Assembly (NCBI RefSeq): GCF_036321535.1
Contig: NC_087437.1
Coordinates: 95,358,001 to 95,422,000, forward strand
Source: Camelus dromedarius
Lineage: Eukaryota
Direction: 5' to 3'
Length of the DNA stretch: 64,000 bases
Shown: in pieces, positions 60,357 through 64,000 of the stretch
Layout of the letters: each line of letters begins with the position of its first letter
How positions within the stretch are numbered: the first letter of the stretch is position 1
The notes under the pieces: generated by a model
Databases searched by the model: none
What the model saw: the letters and a program-made list of their open reading frames with translations, nothing else
What the model was told of the DNA's origin: nothing
Program-made: the position numbers and the translations under genes

Positions 60357-60723
60357 TCACTAAACTTTATTTGTAAACCATTGTAACTATTAACCTTTTT
60401 TGTCTTATTGAAAAAAAATGTTGAGAAGCGTTTTTAACCTGTTTTGTTAATGCTCTATGTTTGTATTTGGAATATTTGAATGATGACAGATGGTGAAGTA
60501 ACGTGCATACTTTATTGTGGGCCATGAACTCAATGGTTCTTACTTTTCCTGGACTTAAGGAGAAAAAGGTTTAAGTTTATTGTGGCCAATGGTGAAACTT
60601 ACAAGATTTCCTTATAAGCTCAACTAGAGGCATTACTTGCTTTTACTTGCCAAATGATGCCCTCTGACTGTAGATTTTTATGATCCTTTTTTGTTGTTCT
60701 ATAAAATTCATTGACTTTATAAT

Positions 60724-60731
60724 TGGTGCTA
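60724..60731 (+). promoter_or_regulatory. miR-29 family 8mer seed site (TGGTGCTA)
   Basis: Exact 8mer match in 3'UTR. Confidence 0.7.
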
Positions 60732-61024
60732 TTTGAAGAAAAAAATGTACATTTATTCATATATAGGTATCAGGCCTGACCCCACTAGAAAACAAAGCCA
60801 AACAAAACTGAACCACACACACACACAAAATCTGGTGTTCACCAAAAACTGAATGTGTTCACTTAGATAATTTGAAATTTACATAGAAAAGGTGTGCAGT
60901 ACTAAGGGAACAATCCATGTGATTAATGTTTTCATTATGTTCGTGTAAGAAGCCTCTTATTTTTAGCCATAATTTTGCATACTGAAAATCCAATAATCAG
61001 AAAAGTAATTTTGTCACATTATTT

Positions 61025-61030
61025 ATTAAA
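61025..61030 (+). terminator. Polyadenylation signal ATTAAA
   Basis: Hexamer followed ~20-50 nt later by tctttcctgtgttgatttcttttttttt (typical downstream element). Confidence 0.75.
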
Positions 61031-61959
61031 AATGTTCTCAAATATATCATTCTTTCCTGTGTTGATTTCTTTTTTTTTCATTGTGTGATCAGATTTATTC
61101 CATTTAATCACAAAGTTGTGCTGTCTTAACATTTCACCACTATATTATCAAATGGGTAAAAATTCTCTTTTATGAACAACCAGGTTTCTACTTGTAAGGA
61201 AAAATTCTCATTTTACTCCTCTGAAATTAAAGATACAGCATGAATCATAAACTAAAAGTTAATAATTTAATCAGAGAGTAACTTTTCAATATTAAGAATG
61301 TACTAAAATGTGTATGTGTGTGTATCTGAATTTCAGTTAACCTTTTCCTGAAAGAGTCAGGATTCAACAACAATAAATCTGATTTGTAAAATTTGGACCA
61401 CTTATGTTCTGGCAACAAGAAAATTATATAAATCCAAAATATTTATCAGTAATTATCTGCTTTCTTATTACAAACTTATGTGAAAATTTGACAATACAGT
61501 ATTTATCATTTACCAACTTGCATATTATTGTTCATTAGATTAAAGTCAGTATATTCAATTATTCAACTTTGAATGGATGGACGAAATGGGTATTATGTCT
61601 TGGAAGTTTCAAGAGCAACAGAATCTAGTGAAAGTTTGTTTTTTTTTTCTGTGACTTACATATTGCTAAATTTTGTGTTGATCATAATTTGAAAATCTGG
61701 GGGAAAAAACTGAAAAAAGGGAAATGTAATAATTTGAAATTTAACTTTACAAAAGTGAAGCAATCACCAGCATCTACCTAGAGATGAACAGGCCTGTAGG
61801 TCAAGAAGTCAAGTTTCCAAGCTATATCAAGGGGGAAAAAATGGAGAGAGACATTAAATGGCCTAATATTTTCTCTTTCTTTTGGTGAATTGACTAAAAT
61901 TAAGCTAGTTTCTCTTTTGAGTATCTGATATACATACAAATTATGTGTATCGGAGGGCC

Positions 61960-62110
61960 TGGGTTTGAGTCCCAGTTCTGTCATGGGCTATGTTTCCTTG
62001 GACATGTTACTTAACCTCGAAGTCTCAGGTACTTCACCTGTAAATTCAATAATACCTACCTCATGGAGCTATTGTCATGATTTAGTGAATTAATGTATAT
62101 GATATGGACT
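61960..62110 (+). mobile_element. MIR SINE
   Basis: ctgggtttgagtcccagttctg...ttacttaacctc...ctgtaaa...aataatacctacctcat. Confidence 0.7.
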
Positions 62111-63261
62111 CTGTAAACCCCCAAAACAATAGAAGATGTTGTATTTGTGGACTGAAATCATTGCACACATGTTTTCTCCACTTTTCACACATAGTTTGTT
62201 CCCCAAAACTTGCAAAGTTTTAGTTTTTTTTAAAGGTCAAAAAATAAGTGTGGTTCAAAGGATGGGAGTGGTTCCATGCCTGGTGAGTAAAAATCACTGT
62301 GAAATCCCTAACTGTGGAATAAATTCTTGGTGTTTTTGCTTGTTTTTTTGCTTTTGAATTCCTGAGGGCCAGCATTGCACATACCTCACAATTCAGGGGT
62401 GTAAACATCTCACTTGAGGTCTCAATGACTAGACTTAGTGTCTATTTTGGGTGCTGTTCTGCCTAGCGGCAGAAAATAGCATCTTAGTTCCAGGTGAACT
62501 CAATTATATCTTTCTTGGTCACTTCAGACATGGAGTCTGGATTTTGCCCTTCCTTCCCCTCCGCAGTGTCGTATCTAAATTCCAGAGGCTGTCTTCTTGT
62601 GTAGAAAGTGTGGGGGTTCGGGTGGTTGGGGCTTTCGGCATTACTGCTATTGTCCAAGCTTCCAGTGGTCTCCGTTTGTCAGCGCCTTTACTCCTCATCC
62701 CCCTCTCCCCAACCTCAATGTCCTTGATTATCCATTGACTCTCTCTAAGCCTTCTGATGTAGGTTGGGTGTGGGGACCCATGAATTCTGTACATTATTAT
62801 GTGCCATGCGGAGGCTCTGGAAACTTGGATGTGGAGGCCCTTCCTTAGGGCCTTACGGGATATCAACTTTGGGCTGTGTGGGTTGGGAGGGGGAATGGCA
62901 GTTACTTCTGCATTTTAGAAGAAATAAACTTTGGTTCCAGATCTAGACCACCTGTGCTTAAATCTTGGCTCCTCAAAGTATTTGCTGTCACAAAGTGGTT
63001 ATATTAATAATATCTACCGTACAAGGTCATTGTGGGATTAAATGAGTTGATCTAGGTGAAGTCCATAGTAAGTGCCCAGGATTTATTGGGTGATACCTGC
63101 TGTCTCTCTGGTGTTGAGCTGGAAATAGGTCTTTACTTTCAGATTCCCCAAGCCCTACTTGATTAGAAGGGGAGAGGACACTGGGATCAGAAACCTCAGT
63201 AATACACACTCACTATATTTAATTCCCTTCCCTCCTGTTTAATTCTCTCTTCCCAGTGAGA

Positions 63262-63460
63262 TGAAAGGGAGGGAGAAAGAGAGAGGGGGAGAGACAGAGA
63301 TTCCAAGAGAGAAATAGGGAGGGAGGATAGGAGAAGAGAGAAGGAGGGAGGGAGAGGAGAAGAGGAAAGGAGGGAAGGAGGAAGAGAGGGAGAGAAGGGA
63401 AGGAGAAAAGGAAGGAGTGAGGGAGGGAGAGGGGAAGGGGGAAGGAGGGAGGAAGGGAAA
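63262..63460 (+). repeat. GA-rich polypurine low-complexity tract
   Basis: ~200 nt of almost exclusively G/A (gggaggga, gaagg units). Confidence 0.9.
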
Positions 63461-64000
63461 CTCATGCCTATTGCTTACATGCCAGATCTTCAGTTTGCAA
63501 GAAGTTAGCTCTTGCAGTTCGGCCTTTACTCTGCTATAGATTTCAAAAATCTACTTTGAAATCCAAAAGGGAATATTGAATTGCTTTTCTGTAGCAAACA
63601 CCCCTTTGCATTTCTCTGGTAACCATCGCAGGGCAATACATACAGAAAGCTCTTTCAGGTGCCCGAAGTGGGGTAGAATAGAAGGAAATAGCTTATAACA
63701 GGTGCAGCGTCTGTTAATGTTTCAAAATACAATCTTGCTACAAAAGGATGCGATTAAAGAAAATATTAAAGACAGAGGTTACTCTTTAAAAATCGAAATA
63801 TCTTTCCTCAAATGCCAGTTTTCTCACCTTATTTCAAGAGAATTCAGCAGAAAGAAGTTAAATGTTGAAAAAGTAAGGATTTGGCAACAGACGAAATCAA
63901 AGAGCATGAGAATGTAGTGGTCATTTTAGTATCAAAAAGTTTTAGGGAAGTTTCCTCCAGTGAGATAGGGACACTGACCTTTTTCTTTTCAAAAAGGATT

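Larger units (their letters stand above)
59341..61046 (+). other. ROBO1: ROBO1 3' UTR (~1.7 kb; 3' end approximate)
   Basis: AU/U-rich sequence without recognisable interspersed repeats after the stop codon, ending at ATTAAA plus a downstream GU/U-rich element. Confidence 0.8.

Noticed and set aside
62451..62946. Several overlapping ORFs downstream of ROBO1
   Set aside because: No recognisable domain or splice structure; likely repeat-derived or random.

Overview
Mammalian genomic DNA containing the 3' half of an intact ROBO1 (Roundabout 1, Slit receptor) gene on the + strand. Sixteen coding exons (435-59340) splice by hand into a continuous frame of 2868 nt (955 aa + TGA). They encode part of FN3-2, FN3-3, the transmembrane helix and the cytoplasmic CC0-CC3 region, ending ...EELEETES*. 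A ~1.7 kb 3'UTR follows, with miR-218, miR-29 and miR-92 seed sites and an ATTAAA signal near 61025. Introns carry ancient mammalian repeats (MIR, L2, L1, MER DNA transposons, MLT1 LTRs) and two tRNA-derived SINEs resembling the camelid family, so the source is probably a camel, alpaca or llama. I see no prokaryotic-type or wholly new system. The most interesting signals concern splicing: a GC-AG intron, a juxtamembrane alternative-splicing hub (tandem donors, a 27-nt microexon with an RBFOX-motif cluster, a strong competing stop-introducing acceptor, a candidate 21-nt microexon) and an internal acceptor that deletes CC0. There is also an intronic duplicated hairpin with C/D-box-like architecture. 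Repeat family names are from recalled consensus similarity, not a database search, and their boundaries are approximate.
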